DNA of 64,000 nt from Macrostomum hystrix (Eukaryota > Animalia > Platyhelminthes), in NCBI GenBank assembly GCA_950097015.1, contig CATNEN010000002.1, forward strand, positions 1,860,001 to 1,924,000, given 5' to 3'. The notes under the pieces were generated by a model. The model worked only from the letters and a program-made list of their open reading frames with translations. It did no database searches and was not told the origin of the DNA. Numbering within the stretch: the first letter of the stretch is position 1; each line of letters starts with the position of its first letter. Both the position numbers and the translations under genes were made by a program. Shown here one piece after another: positions 1 to 12,600 of this stretch.

Positions 1-544
1 TGATTGTAAAAACTATCCTATTTCAAGTAAATGTTATGTTACAGTAATCAGAAGTTACTTCGTTTTGAGTGTATATTTTTTGCCTGAAATGTTGCCCAGT
101 ATATATAACTTAGTATTGGGTGTTGCTTATTATTTGTTGATGTTAGGCTAGGCCTTGCTAATATTTGTATTTGTAGCTTGTAACTTTTATAGAATATCCA
201 GGCAAACCAGCTAAAATCGCCATATTTTAGATTACTGTAATCTAAATTGCAAAAGTAATATTGGTAGTGATGGGCACCAAAAAGTTTATTTTAGGGCCAC
301 TAAATAGGACTGTTGCTAACTGGTTGAAGGAAAAATTAAGCAATTGCTAAAAAGCAGGCGCTTTTCCCATTGCAAATTTAGCCTAATTAGTACTGCTAAC
401 TTTGAAATATGCTAAATTTAAAAGTGTAAATAAACTGTTACTAACATTAACAATAGGTGCATTTTTGCAAAAACACAATAGTCTAAATTTAATCAATTGA
501 AGGTTGTTATATATAGACATGTATATATAGTCATTTAAAACATA

Positions 545-1071
545 GGCAGTGCTTATCCCCACGGTACCGTAGAAATAATTTTTGTCTTATTCCTACGGTA
601 CCGTGGGAATAATTTCCTGCTTATCCGCACGGCACACTGACGAGATAGCTGTCCTATCATCTATCTTTTTATCATGACTGCAATTTTCCTTTTTTCTTCC
701 GGTTTTTAAAAGCAAGTAAACAAATTAAAGTTTTCTGCTTTTTTCGCAAGTAGTTACCCAATATGGTGGCTTTTTAAAGTATATAAAATATATATTTCTA
801 TTATTTATATATTCAAAAGAATACAACTGAAGTGTGTATTTTTCTAATCATATAGCTCAAGCCTTCTAAGTCTATAATCCAGTCTATTACTTTATTCTAG
901 GCCAAGTTAAAATAGGTCCATAAAAAATGTCTGACAGTGCCAACGGAATATGTTGAAGATAGGACAGCTATCTCGTCAGTGTGCCGTGCGGATAAGCAGG
1001 AAATTATTCCCACGGTACCGTAGGAATAAGACAAAAATTATTTCCACGGTACCGTAGGGATAAGCACTGCC
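545..1071. mobile_element. Non-autonomous Mutator-like DNA transposon (MITE), 527 bp, 114-bp terminal inverted repeats, 9-bp TSD
   Basis: 545-658 is the reverse complement of 958-1071 with 2 mismatches; ends are GGCAGTG...CACTGCC. TAAAACATA flanks both sides (536-544, 1072-1080). Long TIRs starting with G plus a 9-bp TSD are typical of MULEs. No transposase inside. Confidence 0.85.
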
Positions 1072-1934
1072 TAAAACATAATGCATGTATGGCATTGCAG
1101 TGATATTTTAATTGCATTAAATAAAAATAAGAATATAATGAGAACAGGATGAAAATAATTGAAACCCAAGATTCATAGTAACAAGGATTGATTTTAATGA
1201 CAATTGCAGTTTGCAAGTGAGTTGTGAGAACTAATTAATTACCCTAATGGAGTGAATTTAAAAAAGCTACGGACACCCCTGCTAGGCGCACAGGTGCGCA
1301 GTTGTTTTCAAGAAAAAGAGCGCAAATCGGCAATTGCTGTATATCTTCGATGTAGTAATTGATTTCACGAAAAAATGTCAAAAGATCTTTTTTTATCTCC
1401 GTAGTGTATTTCTAAAAATAGAACAGGTAGGCCCTACATGGTGCTTTTGCAAAAATACAGACGCATATACCAAATGACCTTTTTTCGATCTCCGTAGTGT
1501 ATTTCAACAACTTACGACAACGTTACACACACAAGGCGCGGCTGCACAGACAGGAATTTCTTTCTGCGCAGTCAATTTTTCATAAGCACGCCAGACGCTG
1601 TCCGCTAAAACCCCTATTAGCTCCATTAATTAGAGCCCTCCCTGTTACTTTGTATACTTCCGTAATTTTTGCATTATGTTACTGTTCATAAATGGTTTTA
1701 AACACAAATGTAAAGCAATGTATGTTCATTATTATTTTATTTTTTTATTTCTTTATTAAAAGTTGACTACTCTATTTTAAACATTATTTGATGCTAACCA
1801 CTGCATTCTTTTCTGAATTCTAGGCATCCTTTTCTGATTAGTGTAATTACTAGCAAGTTTTGCCCCCCTTCATTTTTAATTCATCTTGTATATACTTTTT
1901 AGCAGCTGTATTTTCAGCTTTTTTAAGCTACAAT

Positions 1935-2275
1935 GATCACCCAGTTGACAATGATAACCCAGTTGACAATGTTCCCCCAGTTGACAATAATCCCCAGTTG
2001 ACAATAATCCCCAGTTGACAATGTTCCCCCAGTTGACAATGATCCCCCAGTTGACAATTATCCACCAGTTGATGATGATCCCCCAGTTGACACTGATCCC
2101 CCAGTTGACAATGATCCCCCAATGTTCCCCCAGTTGACAATAATCCCCAGTTGACAATAATCCCCAGTTGACAATGTTCCCCCAGTTGACAATGATCCCC
2201 CAGTTGACAATTATCCACCAGTTGATGATGATCCCCCAGTTGACACTGATCCCCCAGTTGACAATGATCCCCCAG
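1935..2275. repeat. Minisatellite, ~18-bp unit (CCCCAGTTGACAATGATC), upstream of first visible clathrin exon
   Basis: Tandem units visible directly; includes an internal duplicated block of ~155 bp. Confidence 0.95.
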
Positions 2276-3653
2276 CTTATGGCCAGCATGATCTGGACCA
2301 AGGTTCACACATAACCTGAAATCAAGTTCTGGGTAAAACTAAATATACACACATATATAGAAATATATGTGTATACATGTATGTGTAATTAAGTGTGCAA
2401 TGTCATTTAAATAAAATTAAATATTATTAGATATGTTAACTTAAATTTATCTATGCATAAATTTTTAACACTAGTAAATCATTTTTTAGTTTATTCTTTT
2501 TAAAACTTTAAAACTTTTGAAGTGTATGATCTGCACAAGCTATTTGGCTAAAAATGTCCTTTATATTCCCATAGCACACTGTACATTTTTGCTAGTCAAT
2601 CTAATTCTAATGCACATTGCTGCTCTTCTTCACAATGGAGTAGTACCTTAGTTGATTCCTAATGGCTCATGAGCAAGACAAGCAATGTTCATTTGCCACA
2701 GCTATGACTGATTCCATTTAGTTTGTTATATTTTCTTTTCTAATATGCTATTATTAAGCAGTGCATTACTCATTACTAGTTGCAAATTAGGTAACAATTG
2801 TTACTTTTTTGCAACATAACTTTTTTACCTTACCATGGGCTAATAACCAAGATTATAACAACATTACTTTCCCAATGCCTATTTTTGTTACCATTTTCCA
2901 AAAATGTAATTGAAAATTAGCAGCAATGTAAATTATTTCTTTTTCTGCATGAAAAAACATTTAAGCTTGTCTGTTTTTTCAAATTAATAGTCAAATTTAT
3001 AAATTAGCCAAGTCTATATGTTAAAATTCTTTGTTTTACATTGTCATTTTGCATTCATTTTGATTATAAGTTTTTTGTTTTGTTACAAACATATTTTTTG
3101 CTATAGGCTCTTCATATTTAAATGACATGTTACAATAACAAAAAAGACAGAACATATTTATTAGACATTGTCATTAGTTAAGCATTTCAGTACACCGATT
3201 CAATGCTCATTCATAATTAAATTCAACTTTTTCATGTGCTTTTTTAAGTTAGCAATATATTAGACATGTTGAAATCCCTTGATCTGTATACGAAATTTGT
3301 CATAGGATTATACTTTTCTAGCTACTTAAACATATTTCTTTGTAATCAAATTAAAACATATAAAAATGTATATGAATAGTTTCACAGACTTCCTAGTTTG
3401 TGAAAAAAAGTCTTATAAATTAAATTTTTAATGCTGTTTCTAATTTTTTAGTCAGTCATACAAAATTATGAAATATAGTTCAACAAAGACACAAAAGATG
3501 TAAAAAAGCTCTACAGTAAATGTTTCTCAAATATTAGAAATATTTAAAGATCTTATCAGAATTTTTACATTTTGACATTTTTCAAGAATCTGTCTTTGCG
3601 CCAAGTCTTTAGCACTTAAGCATTTATCACTAATTTATTCCGCCACCAAACAG

Positions 3654-6600
3654 CTGCAAGCCGTCGGCATCAACAATGCCAGCATCGGTTTCTCCACCCT
3701 CACCATGGAATCGGACCGGTTTATCTGCGTCCGAGAAAAAGTTGGCGAAACTGCCCAGGTAGTGATTGTCGACATCAATGATCACAAGAATCCCACTAGG
3801 CGGCCAATCTCTGCCGACAGTGCCATCATGAATCCCGTCAGCAAGGTGATTGCACTCAAAGCTGGCAAAAGTCTGCAAATATTCAACATTGAACTCAAAT
3901 CCAAGATGAAGTCGCACGCAATGACAGAGGAGGTCACATTCTGGCGCTGGATTTCTGTCAACACAATCGGCATGGTGACGGAGACTGGCGTTTTTCATTG
4001 GAGCCTAGAGGGTGACTCCAGTCCAGTGAAGATGTTTGACAGGTAGTTGCAATTCGTGTTAGCTGTTTGGAATCCTGACTGTTTCTAAATGTTACCCGCA
4101 GAATTTCATTCTGTTTTGGTAGAAACACCACGGGGATATTTCAAATACCCACTGCCTACTTCACGATAGCTCCCAAACCTAGTGACCGACTTTCCTGAAA
4201 GTCCACCCACCATACGGATCTAAATTTTCCGCCCTTTACAATGAACCAACTTTCAAAGCCGCCCGATACTAACATTGCTCATTATAAACCCGTATGTATG
4301 GCTAATCCATGTTGGTTCAAAAAGGAAGAAATTAACAATATAATCAATATAATATGAGAGGATGTGAGTCGAAAAAGTATGCCTGTATTGGTGGTTCTTG
4401 CCAGCAAACACGCCGGCGAGAATCGTTGAACATCTCGACGATGCCGATGTTTTGTGATTCTGGAAATTGTTTTATCGGATAGAGCGGAAACTTTTAGCCC
4501 TGTGGTTCTGGATTTTCATGTCGATTAGTTTGGGAGACACAGAACAAAATGTGTTTTTGAAATACTCATACTCACTCATGTACAATTTCACTTGGCCCTC
4601 ATGCTCGTAAGTTGTTCAACAAGCTTTCCCCCAAGCCTTGACACATGATTATTAAACTGACGTCAACCTCTCGCCAGGCACGCCTCTCTGGCTGGCTGTC
4701 AGATCATCAACTATCGCAGCGATAGCAGCCAGAAATGGCTGCTCATCATTGGCATCATGGCGCAGCAGAATCGCGTAGCTGGCGCTATGCAACTCTATAG
4801 CGTCGAACGGCGCGTCTCTCAGCCAATTGAAGGCCACGTCGGTGTGTTTATTGACTTTAAAATGGAGGGAAATCTCCTGCCGTCCAATCTGTTCTGCTTT
4901 GCTAATCGCGGTGTGCAGGTAAAAACTATTTGCCCGATTCTAATACAGTAAGAGGTTGAGGTTGAGGTTAGGCAGAGGTTGTAGCCTAGTGGTTAGGGCG
5001 TCGGACTCACGACTTGAAGGTCGGGGGTTCGATTCCCGACTCCACTGGAACAACTTGCGTCCTTTAGCAAGACACTTAACTCTGCATTGCTTCAGTTCAC
5101 CCAGCTGTTAAATGGGTACCAGCATCAGCTGGGATAATTGAAGGTGGGTGTGGCGTCCCCCCAGTCCGTGGACTGAACAGCTGTACGCAGCCTTCAGATG
5201 CGCCGCGCATTAGCTGCGGCTGTGCTGTCGGCTGCACATCTGACCCAATTGGGGCAGGTGTAATCAATTATTATTATTAATATTTTTATTATTAATTAAA
5301 ACAGTAACCAGCGGGAGTAACTATGTTTAAATTCGACAAAAATTGTCACATAAAAATCAGTCTATTATTTTGCGGCTAGAGTTGCAACAAGATTGCGAGG
5401 CATTTGATGCTTAGCGAGAAGCCATAGTTACTCCCACCGTTTACTTAGTTTTACATGAGTTCTCTATTTCTCCAGGGCTCCAAGCTGCACGTGATCGAAG
5501 TTGGCCAGCCTCCAGCGGGAAATCAGCCCTACCCTAAGAAGCAGATTGATATGTTCTTCCCTCCGGAATCTGCCACTGATTTTCCCGTTGCTATGCAAGC
5601 TTCTGCTAAGCATGGCGTCGCCTACGTCGTGACTAAATCCGGTTGCATTCACCTGTACGACATAGAAACCGCCACCTGTCTGTACATGAACCGTATCACC
5701 ACCGAGACGATCTTTGTTACTGTTCCACATGAGGCCACCGGCGGTATAATGGGTGTCAACAGAAAGGGACAGGTGCTTAGCGTCTGTCTGGATGAGGATA
5801 ACGTTGTTGGTAAGCCATTAGTCGTATGCTGCGGTAACACTAAAACCTATTTGAGCTTGGCCTGAAAGTAGCTAGGTAGGAATGGCCTAGACGTATGTGA
5901 GTTAGGAAGGCCTGAAGGGAGGTGAGTTAGGAAGGCCTGAAGGGAAGCGGGTTAGGAAGGCCTGAAGGGAGGTGAGTTAGGAAGGCCTGAAGGGAAGCGG
6001 GTTAGGAAGGCCTGAAGGGAGGTGAGTTAGGAAGGCCTGAAGGGAAGCGGGTTAGGAAGGCCTGAAGGGAGGTGAGTTAGAAAGGCCTGAAGGGAGGTGG
6101 GTTAGGAAGGCCTGAAGGGAGGTGAGTTAGGAAGGCCTGAAGGGAGGTGGGTTAGCAGGATCTGAAGGTAGGTGGGTTAGGAAGGCCTGAAAGTAGGTGG
6201 GTTAGCAGGGCCTGAAGTTAGGTGGGTTAGGAAGGCCTGAAGGTTGATAAATAAGCAAGGTTGAAGGTAATTCGGTAAGAAAAGTCCTTAAGTATATAAG
6301 AAAGAAACAAGGAGAGGTAAGGGAGGAACAAAGTCCTCTTTAGGTAGGTGGTAGGAAGGTCTAAAAGGCTGTCTCTGTGAAGGATTTGAAGCAGATATTA
6401 AACGGAAATTATTCCTATCTAAACAGTCGTCCCTTTCTAATCCCTAATCTCTCAGGCTACGTGACGAACAACCTTCAGAACCCGGAGCTGGCACTGAAGC
6501 TGGCCTCTAGGATTAACCTGCCCGGAGCTGACGATCTGTTTGTGCGCAAATTCAACGCTCTATTCCAGCAGGGCAATTATTCTGAGGCTGCTAAGGTGGC

Positions 6601-9600
6601 TGCCAGCGCTCCCAACGGCATCCTGCGGACACCGCAGACTATTCAACGCTTCCAGCAGGTGCCAGTGCAGCCGGGCACAACCTCGCCAATGCTGCAGTAC
6701 TTCACCATCCTGCTAGACCAGGGCCAGTTGAACAAATACGAAAGCCTGGAGCTCTGCCGGCCAGTGCTGCAGCAGGGACGCAAACAGGTGGTTGAGAAGT
6801 GGCTCAAAGAGGATAAGTTAGAGTGCTCAGAGGAACTGGGCGACCTGGTGAAGCAGACAGATCCAACTCTCGCCCTTAGCGTCTACCTGCGGGCCAATGT
6901 GCCGCACAAGGTCATTCAGTGCTTCGCAGAGACTGGCCAGTTCCAGAAGATTGTGCTCTACGCTAAAAAGGTTAGCCATCTTGTTTGTCTTTTCTTCTCA
7001 ACTGATCGCCATGAAAATGCAGAACATGGCCTAAAATCGTCCTCTCTAGCCGATTAAACAACGTCACTTAACATTGGCCTCGTCGAGATATTCAACGATT
7101 CTCGTCCGGGTTGTCTGGTGGCAAAAACCATCGATATTGTTAATTCAATACTGTTCAGCCTATGGACTGGTTTCGAATGGTGTTACCATTGGCTTACCCG
7201 CTAAAAAATTGGGATGTTTCTTTGGGTGATTCCAGTTAGAATCTGCGGTGTTTCCAGAAAAAGAAACAGCCGAACGCTGGAAACAGACCAAACGGATGAT
7301 TTCATGCTTGGAATCTACCCAACTGGGCGGTTTCTCGGAGCTTCTTGGTGGCGAAATGGAATCACCCAAAGAATCCTCCAGTTCGTGAGATTCCATGCTC
7401 AGAAACCGCCGAGTTGGGAGTTGTGACTAGCGAGGGAGTGAAGTAGAAAATAGCAGAAATTGGGTAAATGTTTAGACAGTGTGGAAAGGATCAGAAAGAG
7501 TCGAAGGGGGTAGACAGATTCGGAGAGGTTAGAATAAGACAAAGGGGGTTGAAAGAATCAAAGGGTTAGAAAAAAGGGGAGTAGAATGAAAGAGGTAGAA
7601 AGAGTCGAATGGGGTAAAAAGAGTCAAAGGGTGTTAAAAAGAGTCGAATGGGGTAGAAAGAGTCGGAAGGGGGTAGAAAGAATCGAAGGGGGTAGAAAGA
7701 ATTAAATGGAGTAGAAAGAGTCGAATGGGGTAGAAAGGGAGGAAGGTATTATCTGTAGCTTTTACGGTTAAATCACTTTTAAGTTTCTTACGCCATGTCT
7801 AATGGTATAATTTGTAAATGATAATGGTTGCTATGCAGTTGCTACCCTAATCTGGCGCAACTCCTATTCTCAATGCTCAGGTGGGCTACTCTCCGGACTA
7901 CATCTTTCTGCTGCGCAATCTGATGCGGATCAATCACGAGCAGGGCCTGCAGTTCGCCCAGATGCTTGTCCAAGATGACGAGCCCCTAGCCGACATCGGG
8001 CAAATTGTGGACGTCTTCATGGAGCAGAATCTCGTGCAGCAGTGCACCAGCTTTCTGCTCGACGCTCTTAAAAATAATCGGCCTAACGAGGGCCACCTGC
8101 AGACCCGGCTGCTAGAGATGAACCTCCTGTCAGCGCCTCAGGTTGCCGATGCCATCCTTGGCAACCAGATGTTCTCCCATTACGACAAGGCTCACATTGC
8201 CAGCCTGTGCGAGAAGGCCGGCCTGCTGCAGCGAGCTCTTGAGCACTATACGGACCTGTACGACATTAAGCGGGCGGTGGTACACACCCACATGCTCAAC
8301 CCTGAATGGCTGGTCAACTATTTTGGCAATCTCAGTGTTGACGACTCCTTGGAATGCTTGAAGGCAATGCTGCAGGCCAATATTAGACAGAATCTACAGG
8401 TAAGTTGGTTGGTCAGATTTTTTCTAATGAAAAATGCGTTTCTCATTACCTATCTACATTCGCCTACTTATAGTAGCCGAGTAGACATTTAAAATACCGT
8501 TTTTTATTTTAACAAATTCAGGTCTGCGTCCAAATCGCTTCGAAGTATCACGAACAGCTTGGCGCCGCCGCTCTGATTGAAATCTTCGAACAATTCAAAA
8601 GCTACGAAGGCTTGTTCTATTTCCTTGGCAGCATCGTCAACTTCAGCCAAGATTCGGAGGTGCACTTTAAGTACATCCAGGCCGCCTGCAAGACCTCCCA
8701 GTTCAAGGAGGTTGAACGCATTGTACGCGAGTCTAGCGTCTACGAAGCTGAACGAGTCAAGAACTTCCTTAAGGAGGCCAAGCTAACCGACCAGCTGCCG
8801 TTGATCATAGTGTGCGACCGATTCGATTTTGTTCACGATCTAGTCCTCTATCTGTACCGGAATAACCTGCAGAAATACATCGAGATCTACGTGCAGAAGG
8901 TGCGTTGAGCTCCGCTTTTAAGTCCTTGTCACTCTAGCTCCTAATCCTTGTCACTCTAGCTCTTGATCCTTGTCACTCTAGCTCCTAATCCTTGTCACTC
9001 TAGCTCTTGATCCTTGTCACTCTAGCTCCTAATCCTTGTCACTCTAGCTCTTGATCCTTGTCACTCTAGCTCTTGATCCGTGTCACTCTAGCTGTTGATC
9101 CTTGTTACTCTAGCTCCTAATCCGTGTCACTCTAGCTGTTGATCCTTGTTACTCTAGCTCCTAATCCGTGTCACTCTAGCTGTTGATCCTTGTTACTCTA
9201 GCTCCTAATCCGTGTCACTCTAGCTCTTGATCCTTGTCACTCTAGCTCTTGATCCTTGTCACTCTAGCTCTTGATCCGTGTCACTCTAGCTCTTGATCCT
9301 TGTTACTCTAGCTCCTAATCCGTGTCACTCTAGCTCTTGATCCTTGTTACTCTAGCTCTTGATCCTTGTCACTCTAGGTCTTGATCCTTGTCACTCTAGC
9401 TCCTAATCCTTGTCACTCTATCTCCTAACACCTGTCAAGTCTTTATCGCTTGTCATTCATCCCCCAGGTGAACCCCAGCCGCCTGCCAGTCGTTATCGGC
9501 GGCCTCCTCGACGTCGACTGCGCCGAGGATGTCATCAAGCAGCTCATCCAGGTGGTGCGCGGCCAGTTTTCCACCGACGAACTCGTGGCCGAAGTTGAGA

Positions 9601-12600
9601 AGCGCAACCGACTCAAACTACTCCTCCCCTGGCTGGAGTACAGAGTTCACGAGGGCTTGGAGGAGCCGGCTACTCACAATGCCCTAGCCAAGATCTACAT
9701 CGACGCCAATAATAATCCGGAGCGATTCCTTAGGGAGAACCGATTCTACGACTCGCGAGTGATTGGCAGATACACAGAGAAGCGCGACCCCCATCTGTCC
9801 TGCATCGCCTACGAGCGGGGGCAGTGCGACGATGACCTGATCAGGGTGTGCAACGAGAACTCGCTGTTCAAATCGCAGGCCAGGTATTTGGTTAAGCGCA
9901 AGGATGAGGAACTATGGGCTCGCGTGCTGCAGGAGGATAATGCCTATAGGCGGCAGTTGATTGATCAGGTGAGTCTTTGTTTTTGTCTGCAACATTCTAG
10001 CAGTACAATTGCTTAACAAAAACGTGATAAAAGCTATAACTGCGGTCGGGATTTTGAGAACAGCTGAGTAGGGGTTAGATTTTGAGAACAGCTGAGTAGG
10101 GGTTAGATTTTGAGAACAGCTGAGTAGGGGTTAGATTTTGAGAACAGCTGAGTAGGGGTTAGATTTTGAGAACAGCTGAGTAGGGGTTAGATTTTGAGAA
10201 CAGCTGAGCAGGGGCTAGATTTTGAAAACAGCTGAGTAGGGGTTAGATTTTGAGAACAGCTGAGTAGGGGTTTGAATTTGAGAACAGATGACTAAGGGCT
10301 AGAATTTGAGAACAGATGACTAAGGGTGAGATTTTTAGAACAGCTGACTAAGGGTGAGATTTTGAGAACAGCTGACTAGAAATTAGATTTTGAGAACAGC
10401 TGAGTAGCGTTGAGATTTTGAGAACAGCTGACTAGGGGGGATTTTGAGAACAGCTGACTAGGGGGGAGAGATTTTGAGAACAGCTGACTAGGGGAGGGGA
10501 GATTTTGAGAACAGCTGACTAGGGGGGATTTTGAGAACAGCTGACTAGGGGGGATTTTGAGGACAGCTGACTAGGGGGGAGATTTTGAGAACAGCTGACT
10601 AAGGGGGGATTTTTAGAACAGCTGACTAAAGGGTGTAATTTTGAGAACAGCTGAGTAGAGGTGGATTTTTAGAACAGCTGAGTAGGGGTGAGATTTTTAG
10701 AACAGCTGAGAAGGGGTGAGATTTTTAGAACACTTAAGTAGGGTGAGATTTTGAGAGCAGCTGAGTAGGGGTGAGATTCTGAGAGTAGCTGTCTAGGGGT
10801 TATATTTATTAAACAGCTAATTTGGAATGGATTTCGAGAAGCTGAATGAGGCAGAGACATTGTTACCATCTAACTTAAACTACAGATACTAGAATACACT
10901 AGATATGTCACTCTGGTTCGTCAAATAGCAAAGTATTGACTACACCATTATATGTAGAACATATTTTAAAGGACCGATTTCAATAAGTAAAAGCTCGTTC
11001 TAACCTGAAAATCAATTTGCAGGTAGTTCAAACGGCCCTCTCCGAGACCAACGATCCGGAAGAGATCTCAGTCAGTGTCAAATCGTTCATGGCAGCTGAC
11101 TTGCCAAACGAGCTCATCGAACTGCTAGAGAAGATTGTACTGGACAACACGGTGTTCTCAGATCATCGCAACCTGCAGAATCTACTCATTCTCACTGCTA
11201 TCAAGGCCGACCGGACCAGAGTGATGGAGTACATCACCAAGCTGGAGAACTTTGACGCGCCCGAGATTGCCCAGATTGCCATCAGCAATCAGCTGTTCGA
11301 GGAGGCCTTCGCCGTGTTCAAGAAGTTCAGCGTCAACGAGAGCGCCATCAAGGTACATTGTTTATCTGATCCTATGTATTTATATTAGGGGATGTGAACT
11401 TTGTGGAACTTCAGGTTCAGGTAATGTAATAACTGTGGGATTTAAGGTTTAATAATAATAATAATGATAATCATAATTGCAGGAGGGCTGTGGGCGATGG
11501 CACATAATTTGGTGACACTAGACCTGCAGCCAGCGAGGAGGCAATTCTGCCCATTTCGCTGACTCCTGAGCACACACGCACTCAGATACCGTAAGCAGGC
11601 ACACGCTCACACAGGTGTGTACATCTGCCCTGACTTTCTCATCGTCAGGTAGTGTACACTTTCACTGTGCCTTGGAGGTTGGCCCTAAAATGGTTTAAAT
11701 AAATATGGCCTCGCTGCGGAATCGAACTCAGGGACCTCGGTGCGAGATGCAAAACGCTTTAACCGCTCTGCCACTCACCCCCGAGATGTTAGCTTTAGGG
11801 AATGCTAAATTGGTGGGATTTTGTGAATTAAAACTTTGTAATATGTTTTTATCAGTTTTTGAGCATGCAAATTTAAGTGACTTGATTACTTCCTTAAAGG
11901 TTTTCTTTGGTTAAACAACATTTTCATGTTACACTTTAACCTGGGCTTGACTAAATAAATTTTGCAATGATTCCAGGTGCTAATCGACAATATTCGCAAT
12001 CTGGATCGAGCTTACGAATTTGCTGAGAAATGCAACGAACCGGCTGTCTGGTCCCAGCTTGCCAGCGCTCAGCTAGAAGAGGGTTTCGTTAAGGAGGCCA
12101 TAGACAGCTTCATCAAGGCCAACGATCCCAGCTGCTATGTTGACGTTGTACGCGTTGCTAGCGACTCCGGTCACTGGGAGGATCTGGTGAAGTTTCTCCT
12201 GATGGCGCGCAAGAAGGCCAAGGAGTCCTTCATTGAGACCGAGCTGGTGTTCGCCTATGCGAAGACCGGCCGCCTAGCCGACATGGAGGAGTACATCAAC
12301 TCGCCTAATCACGCCAAGATTGCCGAGGTGGCCGACAGGTGCTTCGATCAGCAGATGTACGAGGCTGCCAAGATTCTCTATAGCAACGTGTCCAACTATG
12401 CCAGGCTGGCCATCACCCAGGTCAAACTGGGCGAGTTCCAGAACGCTGTTGAGTCCGCTAGGAAGGCCAACTCGACCAAGACTTGGAAGGAGGTGAGATC
12501 TTTTCTCTGAAAAATTAGCAGTTTCCTATCGCCTGAATAGTTTAGTCTCCTACGCCTGAATAGTTTAGTCTGCTACCCCCTGAATAGTTTAGTCTCCTAC

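Noticed and set aside
1230-1700. Possible degenerate DNA transposon with short direct repeats (ATCTCCGTAGTGTATTTC twice)
   Set aside because: No convincing terminal inverted repeats or TSD could be defined.
1-3653. First coding exon of clathrin heavy chain (MAQILPIRFQEHLQ-like)
   Set aside because: No matching ATG-to-donor segment found; the GTGAGT near 1217 does not give a clathrin-like peptide. It is probably upstream of the window.
4971-5050. tRNA gene
   Set aside because: A and B boxes are present but no proper acceptor stem or poly-T terminator follows; the sequence continues into a SINE-like body and tail. The same applies at 11775 and 52975.
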